Positions 1 through 12,457 of a DNA stretch of 64,000 bases are shown here, one piece after another. This DNA is from an uncultured Bacilli bacterium (GTDB lineage Bacteria > Bacillota_I > Bacilli_A > RF39 > UBA660), in assembly GCA_947632395.1 (NCBI GenBank), contig CANRPA010000002.1, forward strand, positions 1,844 through 65,843, written 5' to 3'. The position numbers and the translations under genes were made by a program. The notes beneath the pieces are model-generated. The model had not been told where the DNA came from. It saw only the letters and a list, made by a program, of their open reading frames with translations, and made no database searches. Numbering within the stretch: position 1 is the stretch's first letter; every line of letters begins with the position of its first letter.

Positions 1-282
1 TGCTCTATTAAATATAGATATATTAAGTAAATAAGAACCTATATTTAATTTAAAAGTCATTTTATTCATTTTTTTATTAAAATAAAATACACTAGGATTA
101 TTCTCTACTATTCCATCTATTATTATTTTATCATCATCAATTAGTTCGTTTATATTACTTCTTTTTATTAAATCATATTTAAATGGATAATAGTTCATTA
201 AATCATTTGTAGTTTTTATTCCGACACTTTCTAATATTTTAGCAGTCTTAGGACCAATTCCTTTTAAATTAATTATTTCCAT
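1..282 (-). CDS. recG: ATP-dependent DNA helicase RecG, N-terminal fragment (gene continues past left edge)
   Basis: Hand translation of minus strand from ATG (plus cat 280-282): MEIINLKGIGPKTAKILESVGIKTTNDLMNYYPFKYDLIKRS...IIDGIVENNPSVFYFNKKMNKMTFKLNIGSYLLNISIFNRA. Fits RecG N-terminus pattern (KGIGP.T...L...GI....DL..Y.P.[RK]Y followed by wedge domain). Absent from ORF track because truncated. Confidence 0.75.
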   Translation of the reverse strand, partial: MEIINLKGIGPKTAKILESVGIKTTNDLMNYYPFKYDLIKRSNINELIDDDKIIIDGIVENNPSVFYFNKKMNKMTFKLNIGSYLLNISIFNRA

Positions 283-289
283 ATTAACT

Positions 290-808
290 CTAAATAATCT
301 TTGATATTATTCCAAATGATAATATCATCATAATTATTGAAGCAACAAATACTCCAAGTAAAGCGGCAAGAAATGAATTTTTCTTATTTAATCCAAGAAC
401 GCTTGCTATTAAACATCCTGTCCATGCACCTGTTCCAGGAAGTGGAATACCTACAAATAATACTAATCCTAAATATCCAAATTTTTCTATTTGAGATTTA
501 TGTTTATCTACTTTTTTATCTAACCATAAAGCAATACCTCTAATTTTTTTATGCTTACTACTTCTCATCTTATCCAATATTTTTGTAATAAACCATAAAA
601 TAAATGGTATTGGTATTATGTTTCCTATTATACAAATTATATAACTTACTATAGGGTTCATGTGCAAAAGAGATGCTGCTAATAAACCTCCTCTAAGTTC
701 AAGTATTGGACATAATGATATTAAAAATACTATTAATTCTTTCATAAATGGAATTGTTGCAAGTGTTCCAAAACAACCTACTATTCCATTAACTATTTTT
801 TCTGCCAT
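290..808 (-). CDS. small multidrug-export-family membrane protein (COG2426-like)
   Basis: 172-aa polytopic ORF. ELRGG and GIPLPGTGAWTG motifs recalled from the Sm_multidrug_ex family. GGAGG SD (plus cctcc 816-820) 7 nt before ATG. TATAAT -10 (plus attata 838-843). Confidence 0.6.
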   Translation of the reverse strand: MAEKIVNGIVGCFGTLATIPFMKELIVFLISLCPILELRGGLLAASLLHMNPIVSYIICIIGNIIPIPFILWFITKILDKMRSSKHKKIRGIALWLDKKVDKHKSQIEKFGYLGLVLFVGIPLPGTGAWTGCLIASVLGLNKKNSFLAALLGVFVASIIMMILSFGIISKII

Positions 809-893
809 ATTGATACCTCCTATATAAGTATAACATGATTATAACTTTTTTTTGATAAATTTTTACTTTTTTAATTTTTTTTAGAAAAATATA

Positions 894-922
894 TTGACAA
901 AACATCAATTTTAGATTAGTAT
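894..922 (+). promoter_or_regulatory. sigma-A-type promoter driving the orphan plus-strand transcript
   Basis: TTGACA 894-899, 17-nt spacer, TAGTAT 917-922. Divergent from the promoter of the 290-808 gene. Confidence 0.45.
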
Positions 923-928
923 ATATGG

Positions 929-1028
929 TACCAATTCGGAATTACGAATTGGCGCTAGTATCACACTAGCCAACCCCTTTTTATTCTTTTATAGGAACTG
1001 CTCAGGGGGCAGTTTCTAATTTTTTTTT
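929..1028 (+). ncRNA. candidate ~100-nt small RNA of unknown family (two hairpins, C-rich single strand, intrinsic terminator)
   Basis: Hairpin 1 ccaattcg/cgaattgg 931-952. Hairpin 2 gctagt/actagc 954-970. Unpaired CCAACCCCTTTTT 970-985. Terminator stem ggaactgc/gcagtttc 994-1016 plus 9-T run 1020-1028. No plus-strand ORF downstream. Confidence 0.4.
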
Positions 1029-1039
1029 GTAAAAAAACT

Positions 1040-2137
1040 TTATAAATTTAAATCTATAAAGTTTACAATTATATCATTAGAAACATATATATAGTCTGAA
1101 TTTATATATATGTTTTTTTCATCTTCCAACAATTTATTTTCTTTAAGTAAAGTATTTACTATATCTATACTCTTTATATCTAAATTATATTTTTCTTTAA
1201 ATGATAATTTATTTATTCCTTTTATTTTTCTAAACCCTAATATAAATTCATTTTCTATCTTTTCTTTTTTTTCTACTAAATGTTTATCTTTCACATAGTT
1301 ACCTTTTAAATATTCATTTAATCCCCTAGTATTATCATATCTTACATTATCTATATAACCAGAGGCGCCCATACCAAATCCATAATACTCTTCGTTGTTC
1401 CAATATGTTAAATTATGTTTAGATTGATATCCAGGTTTAGAAAAATTACTAACTTCATAATGATTATATCCATTTTTTTCTAGTTTTTTACATATTAATT
1501 TATACATATCATAGTCTATATATTCATCTATATTTTCTGTATTATCTATATATAATTTTGTATTAGGCTCTATTATAAGTGAATATGTTGAAATATGACT
1601 TATATCCAATTTCAAAAATAAATCTAAATCATTATTTAATTCCTCTATAGTTTGATTTTTTAAAGCATATATTAAATCTATATTTATATTTTTAAAACCT
1701 ATAGTTTTTGCTATAGATATTTTATCACTTACCATCTTTACATCATGTTTTCTATTTAAATATTTTAAATATTTTTCACTAAATGCTTGTATACCTATAC
1801 TTAACCTATTAACTCCATTTTTGTATAATAATTCTAATTTTTCTTTAGTTATATTTTCTATATTGCACTCGAAAGTAAATTCTATTGTTTCACTAAATTT
1901 TAATATTTTTAATATATTAAATAATTTATTTAACTGTTCTATAGAAAGAGAACTAGGTGTACCACCACCTATATATATAGTATCTAATACTTCACCTTTA
2001 TATTTTCCTTTTATTTCTTTTTCTAAGGCATTTAAATATAAATTTATCCACTCATTATTTTTTAATAATTTACAAAAATCACAATAACTACAAATAGAAT
2101 CACAAAAAGGAATATGTATATATGCTGATTTAATCAT
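1040..2137 (-). CDS. hemW: radical SAM heme chaperone / coproporphyrinogen-III-oxidase-like protein HemW
   Basis: N-terminal IHIPFCDSICSYCDF radical-SAM CxxxCxxC motif, 365 aa, HemN/HemW architecture. Lies next to lepA as in many Firmicutes. Confidence 0.85.
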   Translation of the reverse strand: MIKSAYIHIPFCDSICSYCDFCKLLKNNEWINLYLNALEKEIKGKYKGEVLDTIYIGGGTPSSLSIEQLNKLFNILKILKFSETIEFTFECNIENITKEKLELLYKNGVNRLSIGIQAFSEKYLKYLNRKHDVKMVSDKISIAKTIGFKNINIDLIYALKNQTIEELNNDLDLFLKLDISHISTYSLIIEPNTKLYIDNTENIDEYIDYDMYKLICKKLEKNGYNHYEVSNFSKPGYQSKHNLTYWNNEEYYGFGMGASGYIDNVRYDNTRGLNEYLKGNYVKDKHLVEKKEKIENEFILGFRKIKGINKLSFKEKYNLDIKSIDIVNTLLKENKLLEDEKNIYINSDYIYVSNDIIVNFIDLNL

Positions 2138-2610
2138 TATTTAAATTTTCCTTGTTTATCTCTTTCTTGATTTTCATATGTATTATTGCCTTTTTTCAAA
2201 TTATTCATGCTATTTTGTTTTAATTTTTTAGATATTTCATTTAATGTTTCTTTACTTATATTAGGAATTTTTGGAAGTCTTTCAGCTAAATCTCTATATA
2301 TTTGACTTTCACTTACATGAATAATTTTTGATATTTCATTTAAGGTATATCCTTTTTTAAATAAATCTAATTCATTTATTATTCTTGTTTTTGTTTCATC
2401 TTTATCTAATGTTAGATTATGACTATCTAATATTTTTTTTATTTCATTATATCTTGGATCTTCTTTTGGTAATTTATTATTCATGTAATGTGATACTGTA
2501 TAATTACTGACATTAAAATGCTTAGCTGCATCTCTTATTGAACATTTTGTTTCAATTATGTAATCTGCTATATTACGCGCTAATTTATCTATTTCTTCTT
2601 CTGTTCTCAT
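2137..2610 (-). CDS. SpoIIID-family transcription regulator with two tandem HTH modules
   Basis: Residues 12-66 ([54 protein letters not shown]) parallel B. subtilis SpoIIID (YIVETKKTVRVIAKEFGVSKSTVHKDLTERLPEINP..VKEILDYH). A second copy follows: [33 protein letters not shown] overlap with lepA stop, TAATG overlap with hemW start. Confidence 0.6.
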   Translation of the reverse strand: MRTEEEIDKLARNIADYIIETKCSIRDAAKHFNVSNYTVSHYMNNKLPKEDPRYNEIKKILDSHNLTLDKDETKTRIINELDLFKKGYTLNEISKIIHVSESQIYRDLAERLPKIPNISKETLNEISKKLKQNSMNNLKKGNNTYENQERDKQGKFK

Positions 2611-4406
2611 CTTTCACCATCCATAGAAAGTACTGCTAAGAATGCTTCTTGTGGAACTTCAACGCTTCCTACCATTTTCATTCTTTTCTTACCTTCTTTT
2701 TGTTTCTCTAAAAGTTTTCTTTTACGAGATACATCTCCTCCATAACATTTAGCAAGAACATTTTTTCTAACAGCTTTTATATCACTTCTTGCTATTGCTT
2801 TTGTACCTATAACTGCTTGAATTGGTATTTCAAATTGTTGACGTGGTATTAATTTTCTTAAATTTTCTACTATTGCTTTACCCCTATTATAAGCAAAGTC
2901 TTTATGTACTATTAAACTTAATGCATCAACCATATCTCCATTTAAAAGAATATCCATTTTTACTAAATCACTTGGTTTATATCCTATTAATTCATAGTCA
3001 AATGAGGCATAACCTTTTGTATAGCTTTTAAGTTTATCAAAAAAATCATATACTATTTCTGATAAAGGTATTTCATAATGTATATTGACACGAGTTTGAT
3101 TTATATATTCCATTGATACATAATTGCCTCTTTTATTTTGGCATAATTCCATAATTGGACCTATATATTCACTTGGCACAAATATATTTGTTTTTATATA
3201 TGGTTCTCTTATTTCTTTTATTTTTTGCCTTTCTGGCATTTTTGATGGACTATCTACAAATATAGTTGTATTATCAGTTAAATTTACTTCATATATAACT
3301 GATGGTGATGTAGCAATTAAATCTATTCCAAATTCTCTTTCTATTCTTTCCTGTATTATTTCCATATGTAATAGTCCTAAAAAACCGCATCTAAAACCAA
3401 AACCCAATGCTTCAGATGTTTCTGGTTCAAATTCAAGTGATGCATCATTTAATTTTAGTTTTTCAAGTGCTTCTCTAAGATCTGGAAATTTACTTGATTC
3501 AATTGGATATAATCCACAAAATACCATAGGTTTCATTGGTTTATAACCTGGTAAAGAATTAGCTGGATTATCGTTACTCGTTATTGTGTCTCCTACCTTG
3601 ACATCTTCTATTTTTTTTATACTTGCACATAAGTAACCAACTTCACCTGTAACAAGTTCTTGTTTTTTTTGTATATGTGGAGTATGTACGCCAAGCTCTA
3701 CTACATCATATACTGTATTGGTAGCTAACATTTTTATTTTATCACCAACACTAACTTTACCATTTACTAACCTAATAAGTGTTACTATCCCTCTATATGC
3801 ATCAAAATAACTATCAAATATAAGCGCTTGAAGTTTATTTGTTTTTTCACCTTTTGGAGCAGGAACTCTTGTTATTATGGCTTCTACTAATTCTTTTATG
3901 CCAATGCCATTTTTAGCACTACATAATATTATTTCATCTTCACTAAACCCTAAAGTATCTATTAATTCTTTTTTTACTTTTTCTATATTTGCATTTGGAA
4001 GGTCTATTTTATTTATTACTGGTATTATTGTTAAATCATTTTCCATAGCAAGATAAAGGTTTGCTAAAGTTTGTGCTTCTATACCTTGTGCTGCATCTAC
4101 AACTAATATTGCTCCTTCACATGCAGCAAGACTCCTTGATACTTCATATGAAAAATCTACATGACCTGGTGTATCTATTAAATGTAATATATATTCTTCA
4201 TTATTATATTTATATTTTAATTGTACTGTATTTAATTTTATTGTTATACCACGCTCACGTTCGATATCCATACTATCTAAAAGCTGAGCTTGTTTTTCTC
4301 TCTCTGTTACTGCACCTGTTATATCAAGTATTCTATCTGCTAATGTACTTTTACCATGATCTATATGTGCGATTATTGAAAAATTTCTAATATTTTCTTG
4401 TTTCAT
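2607..4406 (-). CDS. lepA: translation elongation factor 4 (LepA)
   Basis: 599 aa. GTPase motifs [20 protein letters not shown]4-specific C-terminal domain. Confidence 0.95.
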   Translation of the reverse strand: MKQENIRNFSIIAHIDHGKSTLADRILDITGAVTEREKQAQLLDSMDIERERGITIKLNTVQLKYKYNNEEYILHLIDTPGHVDFSYEVSRSLAACEGAILVVDAAQGIEAQTLANLYLAMENDLTIIPVINKIDLPNANIEKVKKELIDTLGFSEDEIILCSAKNGIGIKELVEAIITRVPAPKGEKTNKLQALIFDSYFDAYRGIVTLIRLVNGKVSVGDKIKMLATNTVYDVVELGVHTPHIQKKQELVTGEVGYLCASIKKIEDVKVGDTITSNDNPANSLPGYKPMKPMVFCGLYPIESSKFPDLREALEKLKLNDASLEFEPETSEALGFGFRCGFLGLLHMEIIQERIEREFGIDLIATSPSVIYEVNLTDNTTIFVDSPSKMPERQKIKEIREPYIKTNIFVPSEYIGPIMELCQNKRGNYVSMEYINQTRVNIHYEIPLSEIVYDFFDKLKSYTKGYASFDYELIGYKPSDLVKMDILLNGDMVDALSLIVHKDFAYNRGKAIVENLRKLIPRQQFEIPIQAVIGTKAIARSDIKAVRKNVLAKCYGGDVSRKRKLLEKQKEGKKRMKMVGSVEVPQEAFLAVLSMDGER

Positions 4407-4462
4407 TGTTTCACCTACTTATTGATAGTTTTATTTAAACATACGTGTAATATTATACTACA

Positions 4463-5557
4463 TTATTTGTATTTTTGTAATATATATTTTGCTAGTGTTT
4501 CTTTGTCATTTACAAGTGATTTATTGACAAGTTTATTTTCTATGTCTTTAAATATATCTTTTAAAAATTTACCAGGCTTTTTATTTAACAATTTACATAT
4601 TTCTTCTGCATTTATATTTATTTCAGATATGTTTTTTATATATAAACTATCAAATTTTTCATTAATTAATTTTTTATCTATACCTTTTATTTCACTTACT
4701 ATTGTGGATATATAAAGTCCATATTTATATAGATTATTATAATCTAATATATTCTTGTCCATAAGTTCTTTTATTTTTTTTATAGTATCTTTTTCAGTAT
4801 TATTAAATTTATATTTATCAATTGAATCTATTTGTGCCCACATACCTATTAGATATACTGTTGGAACTATTTTTTCTATGTTTTTAAGTTCTAGTACTTC
4901 TGATAATCCTAACAATTTTATGAGTTCTATCCCATACATTGAATTAGGGCTTGAAAATATCTTATCTAGTTCTTCTTTTTTTCTATAATATGATAAATTT
5001 CTAAGTAATTCCTTATTTTTTATTATTGCATCTTTTAAATCTTCATCTAAGCGAAAATTTAATACAGTAGCAAATCTTATTGCACGCAATATCCTAAGTG
5101 AATCTTCCTTTAATTTTATATTAGGATTCCCTACCATTCTTATTATTTTTTTATCTATATCTTTTTTTGCATTCATTAAATCTATTAATTTACCATTTTC
5201 ATCTATACACATAGTGTTCATAGTAAAATCTCTTCTTTTTAAATCTTCATTTAAACTTTTTACATACTCTATTTTTACTGGTTTTCTATTATTTATATAT
5301 TTAATATCACGTCTAAATGTTGTTATTTCAAATTTTGTGTTTTTAATCTCTAATATTACTGACCCATATTGTTCACTTTTGATTGAATCATTAAAAATTT
5401 CTTTTAATTCCTTTGGAGTTGCACTTGTGCATATATCATAATCATTAGATTTTCTTCCCATATAAAAATCCCTTGGAAAACCACCAACTATATAAGAATC
5501 ATATCCATGACTATTTATTTTTTTTAATATTTTAAATACTAAATTATCCATACACAA
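4463..5557 (-). CDS. cca: CCA-adding tRNA nucleotidyltransferase
   Basis: GGFPRD...DYD nucleotidyltransferase motif, RRDFTMN motif, 364 aa poly(A) polymerase/CCA family architecture. Confidence 0.8.
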   Translation of the reverse strand: MCMDNLVFKILKKINSHGYDSYIVGGFPRDFYMGRKSNDYDICTSATPKELKEIFNDSIKSEQYGSVILEIKNTKFEITTFRRDIKYINNRKPVKIEYVKSLNEDLKRRDFTMNTMCIDENGKLIDLMNAKKDIDKKIIRMVGNPNIKLKEDSLRILRAIRFATVLNFRLDEDLKDAIIKNKELLRNLSYYRKKEELDKIFSSPNSMYGIELIKLLGLSEVLELKNIEKIVPTVYLIGMWAQIDSIDKYKFNNTEKDTIKKIKELMDKNILDYNNLYKYGLYISTIVSEIKGIDKKLINEKFDSLYIKNISEININAEEICKLLNKKPGKFLKDIFKDIENKLVNKSLVNDKETLAKYILQKYK

Positions 5558-6530
5558 CCTCTTTTATATAAGTATTTATAAAATCAATTTTTCTTTCTAT
5601 ATCATTATATAATTTAAATAAATTTCTTGCTTTATCTAAGTTTTCTTTTTTATAACTTACTTTAAAATAATTATTACCACTCATATAATCATTTAAATAT
5701 CTAATACCAAGTTCTAATGTAATAGTTAAAATAGAGATACCCATATTATCTATTTCTTCTTTAGTTAAATAATCTTTTATTTCATTTAAATACCCTCTAC
5801 TTATAGCTTTAAATTTATCTAAATTTAAAGATGTATCATCCGCAATGCTCCTTATCATATCCCCATAATCATACAAAATTGTACTATACATGAGAGTATC
5901 CAAATCTATAACCGTACATTCTCCATTATTTATAATAACATTACTTATTTTAGTATCACCATGTATTAAACGAAGTGGTAAAACATCCAACAAATTATAT
6001 ATTTTATATACCATATCTTTTTTTGATTCTATAAATTTTTCTTCTTTCATTTTCATTTTTCTTTTATTATGTATAAAATCATTATATATTTTTGGAGTAT
6101 TATGAAAGTCTTTTATAGTAATTTTTAGTTCATCTGTATAGTCAATTAAACTTTTTTCAAAAATTGCAAAAGATTTTCCTATTAAATATAAAATATCTAT
6201 ATTGTCAGTTTTATTATATGTTATTCCTTCTATATTTTTATACATTCTATAATATGAATTTTCTATTTTAATTAATGGTTGTTTATCCTTAGTATATATT
6301 AAATTTAGTGTATTTATCCCATTATTGTTAATATGATTTGTTACGTTTTTTATATTATCCATTACATCATTAGGATTTTTAAAAACATCATTATTTATTT
6401 TTTGAAATATATATTTTTTAGTATTTGTAGTTATTTTATATGTATTATTTATTTTACCATTACTTATACTTTCTATATTTATTATATCATCTATATCATA
6501 ATTTTCTTTTATTAAATCTGTATAATTCAT
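5544..6530 (-). CDS. APH/choline-kinase-like phosphotransferase family protein
   Basis: 328 aa. Catalytic-loop-like LIHGDTKISNVII followed by VIDLD. Substrate not inferable. 14-nt overlap with cca start. Confidence 0.55.
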   Translation of the reverse strand: MNYTDLIKENYDIDDIINIESISNGKINNTYKITTNTKKYIFQKINNDVFKNPNDVMDNIKNVTNHINNNGINTLNLIYTKDKQPLIKIENSYYRMYKNIEGITYNKTDNIDILYLIGKSFAIFEKSLIDYTDELKITIKDFHNTPKIYNDFIHNKRKMKMKEEKFIESKKDMVYKIYNLLDVLPLRLIHGDTKISNVIINNGECTVIDLDTLMYSTILYDYGDMIRSIADDTSLNLDKFKAISRGYLNEIKDYLTKEEIDNMGISILTITLELGIRYLNDYMSGNNYFKVSYKKENLDKARNLFKLYNDIERKIDFINTYIKEVVYG

Positions 6531-6574
6531 ATTTACCGCCTAAATATATTATATCAATATTTTAACTTTATATA

Positions 6575-6601
6575 AAGAAAAAAAGCATTAATTTAATGCT
6601 T
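6575..6601 (-). terminator. intrinsic terminator of the HU gene (stop codon inside hairpin)
   Basis: Minus strand aagcatt-aaatt-aatgctt followed by TTTTTCTTT. Stem arms at plus 6583-6589 and 6595-6601. Confidence 0.6.
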
Positions 6602-6860
6602 CTTTTAATTTAGATCCAGCTTTACCTTTAACTGCAATTCTTGCAGGAATTTTTACAGTAGCACCAGTTCTTGGATTACGTCCTTCTTTAGCTGGTTTTT
6701 TTTCAGCTGTGAAAGTAAAGAATCCTGTTAAAGTTACTTTTCCTTCCTTTTTTAATCCTTTTGTTACTCCACTCATGAATGCATCAAGTGCACGAGTAGC
6801 ATCTGCTTTAGTTAATCCAGCTTCTTCAGCTATATAATTTACTAAATCTGTTTTAGTCAT
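6588..6860 (-). CDS. hup: DNA-binding protein HU
   Basis: 90 aa. MTKTDLVNYIAEEAGLTKADA...RNPRTGATVKIPA is the canonical HU/IHF fold sequence. Confidence 0.95.
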   Translation of the reverse strand: MTKTDLVNYIAEEAGLTKADATRALDAFMSGVTKGLKKEGKVTLTGFFTFTAEKKPAKEGRNPRTGATVKIPARIAVKGKAGSKLKEALN

Positions 6861-6910
6861 TGTTGACTACCTCCCTATCTAATTTAATAAGCTATCTTGC
6901 TTACACTTTA

Positions 6911-6939
6911 ATATTAACACATATATCAAGTGTTTGCAA
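6911..6939 (-). promoter_or_regulatory. sigma-A promoter of the HU gene
   Basis: Minus strand TTGCAA (6934-6939), 17-nt spacer, TAATAT (6911-6916). About 50 nt upstream of a GGGAGG SD and the ATG. Confidence 0.55.
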
Positions 6940-6985
6940 CATTTTTTGATATTTTTTTTTATTTTTAACTATTTTTCATATAATT

Positions 6986-8110
6986 TTACGAATTTTTTTT
7001 AATAAAATTATCTATTTTGTCAAATTCACTAGTCTTTAAATTTGTTTCGCTTAACTCTTCAAATAATTTCTTTTGTTTTTTATCCAACTTATTAGGTATT
7101 ACTACATTAATTACTATATACATATTACCCTTAGAACCTGAATGTAAATCTTCTACACCTTTTCCTTTTAATCTATGTTTATCACCTGTATTGGATCCTT
7201 CAGGTATTGAAAGTTTAACATTGCCATATAAAGTAGGAACTTCTTTTTTACATCCAAGCACAGCTTCTGTTATTGTTATTGGAAGTTCTAAATATATATC
7301 ATTTCCATCTCTTTCATACAATGAGTGATCACGTACATTAAATTCTAGATATAAATCTCCATTAGGACCACCATTGTATCCAGCATCACCCTTACCTGCT
7401 AATCTAAGTCTATTACCTGTATCTACACCTGCTGGAATCTTTACCTCTATATTTTTATTTTCTTTTATTTTTCCAGTACCTCTACATTTAGAACAATTAG
7501 ATTCATAGGTTTTTCCTTTTCCTTTACAATCTGGGCATGTTGTTCTTGTCATAAAAGAACCTAATATTGTACTTTGCTCTCTTGTTATAGTTCCATTACC
7601 ACGACAAGTTGGACAAGTTTTTTCACCTTTACCACCTTTACCATGACATTCTTCACATTCTTCATATACATCTAAATTTAGTTCTTTTTTACATCCAAAT
7701 ACTGCTTCTTCAAATGTTAAATCAACTCTCATAAGTCTATCTGAACCACTTTGAGCGCGATTTGAATTTCTTCCACCAAAACCTGAAAAACTAGAGAAAC
7801 CTCCACCAAATGATGAACCAAATATATCACTAAATATATCGCTAAAATCAAATTCTGAGAAGTCAAATCCTGCTCCACCATTCATTTGATCAAATGCTGC
7901 ATGACCATATTTATCATATTGGCTACGTTTCTCAGGATCACTTAAAACAGCATATGCTTCTTGTGCTTCTTTAAATTTTTCTGCTGCATCTGGTTCTTTT
8001 GATACATCTGGGTGATACTTCTTAGCAAGGCGTCTAAATGCACTTTTGATTTCTTTATCATCTGCATTTTTACTTACACCCAATACCTCATAATAATCTT
8101 TTTTATTCAT
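6986..8110 (-). CDS. dnaJ: molecular chaperone DnaJ
   Basis: J domain with HPD (KKYHPD), G/F-rich linker, four CxxCxGxG zinc-finger repeats. Confidence 0.95.
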   Translation of the reverse strand: MNKKDYYEVLGVSKNADDKEIKSAFRRLAKKYHPDVSKEPDAAEKFKEAQEAYAVLSDPEKRSQYDKYGHAAFDQMNGGAGFDFSEFDFSDIFSDIFGSSFGGGFSSFSGFGGRNSNRAQSGSDRLMRVDLTFEEAVFGCKKELNLDVYEECEECHGKGGKGEKTCPTCRGNGTITREQSTILGSFMTRTTCPDCKGKGKTYESNCSKCRGTGKIKENKNIEVKIPAGVDTGNRLRLAGKGDAGYNGGPNGDLYLEFNVRDHSLYERDGNDIYLELPITITEAVLGCKKEVPTLYGNVKLSIPEGSNTGDKHRLKGKGVEDLHSGSKGNMYIVINVVIPNKLDKKQKKLFEELSETNLKTSEFDKIDNFIKKNS

Positions 8111-8150
8111 ACAACTTCCTCCTTATATAAATATTTTTTTATCTATATTC

Positions 8151-9944
8151 TTATTGTTTAATTAATTCTTTTAATTCTTCTAGTTTTTCTTTAAACATGG
8201 ACATAGCTTCTTCTATTGGTTTAGAAGTTGTCATATCTACACCAACTTTTTTTAATATATTAAGTGGATAATCATTACCACCGCTACTTAAAAATTTTAA
8301 GTAGTTATCTTTTGTTTCACTATCACCATTAAGTATACGACTGGCTATTGATAATGCACTAGATAATCCAGTTGCATACTTGTATACATAAAATGGAGTA
8401 TAAAAATGTGGAATACGTGACCATTCATACCTAATATCTTCATCACTAATTACATTATCTCCATAATATAATTTATTTAGTTCATAATATGTATTTGATA
8501 TTTCTTCTTCTGTAAGTGGTACACCATCTTGTTCTTTTTGATGCATTATCATTTCAAATTCAGCAAACATTGTTTGTCTAAATAAAGTAGTTCTAACTGT
8601 ATCTAAAAAATCTGTTAAAAAATATATTTTATCCTCTTTCGTTTTAGCGTTTCTATACATATAATCATTTATTAAAACTTCATTTACTGTAGAAGCTATT
8701 TCCGCTAAAAATATAGGATAATTGGAATCTACATAATTTTGTTTTTTAGAATAATATGAATGCATAGAATGGCCCAACTCATGCGCCATAGTACTTACCG
8801 CATCTACTGTATCATTATAATTTAATAATAAATATGGATATGAATCATAACATCCCCATGAATAAGCACCTGATTTTTTTCCTTTATTAGGATATATATC
8901 TATCCATTTTTCATCAAATGCATGATTTAAATCATTTAAATATTTATCTCCTAATGGTTTAAGTGCTTCAAAAAGAATTTTCTTACCTTCTTCAAATTCA
9001 ATATTATTTTTTGATTTTTCACACAAATCTACATATATATCGTACATATGAAGTTTATCTAAACCCAACATTTTACATCTAATTGCCATATAATCATACA
9101 TAAGATTCATATTTTTATGAACTGTATCTATTAAATTTTTATACACGCTAATATCTATATTATCTGAATATAAACTTCTTTCAAGTGTTGATTTATACTT
9201 CTTTACATTTGTTATAAATGATGACTCCTTAATTTCACCAACATATGTTGATGATAAAGTATTTTTTAAACCTTTATAATAATTATACATACTTTTGAAA
9301 GCATTTTCTCTTACACTTCTATCTTTGCTTTTCATGAAATTTATATAATTACTTTGAGTAAGTTCTACTTCTTCACCATTTTCGTTTTTTATAATTCCTA
9401 AATCAATATCAGCATTATTAATATTATTAAATGTTTCAGCACAGGCTCCAAAAGCATTGAGTGCTTTTGTAAATATTTCTTCTTCCTCAAGAGTTAATGA
9501 ATGATTTTTATATCTGTAAACACATTCTAAATAGAATCTATATTCTTCTAATTTTTTATTTTCTTTAATATATTCAAGTACTTTATTATAATCTTCTTTT
9601 AACATTTCTGGTTCAATAAAAGAGTAATTTTCACTTAAAGATTCATTTAATTTTTCTATCTTCATCTTTAGTGCTTTAGTATTATTATCTGTTGTATCTA
9701 CATCAAAATTCATTTTTGAATATACATATAATTTAGTTATTATTCTATCTTGTTCTTCCGTTAATTTTAAGAATTCATATAAAGTACAACTATTATCCAT
9801 AATATGGTTTTTATATTTTAATATTTTAGGTGTCAATTCATTAACTTTATCTATATCTTTATTTATGTCATCTTCACTATCATACATACAATTTAAATTC
9901 CATTTATATTCATTAGGTACATCTTTTCTTGTCTTATATTCCAT
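8151..9944 (-). CDS. pepF: oligoendopeptidase F (M3B metallopeptidase)
   Basis: 597 aa. HELGH zinc-binding motif in the C-terminal half. PepF-like length and N-terminal region. Confidence 0.85.
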   Translation of the reverse strand: MEYKTRKDVPNEYKWNLNCMYDSEDDINKDIDKVNELTPKILKYKNHIMDNSCTLYEFLKLTEEQDRIITKLYVYSKMNFDVDTTDNNTKALKMKIEKLNESLSENYSFIEPEMLKEDYNKVLEYIKENKKLEEYRFYLECVYRYKNHSLTLEEEEIFTKALNAFGACAETFNNINNADIDLGIIKNENGEEVELTQSNYINFMKSKDRSVRENAFKSMYNYYKGLKNTLSSTYVGEIKESSFITNVKKYKSTLERSLYSDNIDISVYKNLIDTVHKNMNLMYDYMAIRCKMLGLDKLHMYDIYVDLCEKSKNNIEFEEGKKILFEALKPLGDKYLNDLNHAFDEKWIDIYPNKGKKSGAYSWGCYDSYPYLLLNYNDTVDAVSTMAHELGHSMHSYYSKKQNYVDSNYPIFLAEIASTVNEVLINDYMYRNAKTKEDKIYFLTDFLDTVRTTLFRQTMFAEFEMIMHQKEQDGVPLTEEEISNTYYELNKLYYGDNVISDEDIRYEWSRIPHFYTPFYVYKYATGLSSALSIASRILNGDSETKDNYLKFLSSGGNDYPLNILKKVGVDMTTSKPIEEAMSMFKEKLEELKELIKQ

Positions 9945-9963
9945 ATTTTTCTCCTTAATTTAA

Positions 9964-9987
9964 GAAGTTCTAGTTACCTAGAACTTC
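9964..9987 (-). terminator. perfect 10-bp stem-loop between dnaK and pepF (attenuator or processing/stability hairpin)
   Basis: gaagttctag-ttac-ctagaacttc starts 4 nt after the dnaK stop. The U-tract on the minus strand is weak (cttaaatt), so it may not terminate fully. Confidence 0.45.
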
Positions 9988-9990
9988 ATT

Positions 9991-12443
<2,453 letters not shown>

Positions 12444-12457
12444 GAATTACCTCTTTT

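Noticed and set aside
929-1028. Possibility that the structured element is a riboswitch or leader (the guanidine-II mini-ykkC idea arose from the two tandem hairpins), or the terminator of hemW.
   Set aside because: No same-strand ORF lies downstream. The hairpin loops (GAATTA, ATCAC) lack the ACGR tetraloops of mini-ykkC. On the minus strand the terminal hairpin is followed by ctataaaag, not a U-tract, and the downstream gene has its own TATAAT at 838-843. An independent plus-strand sRNA fits better.
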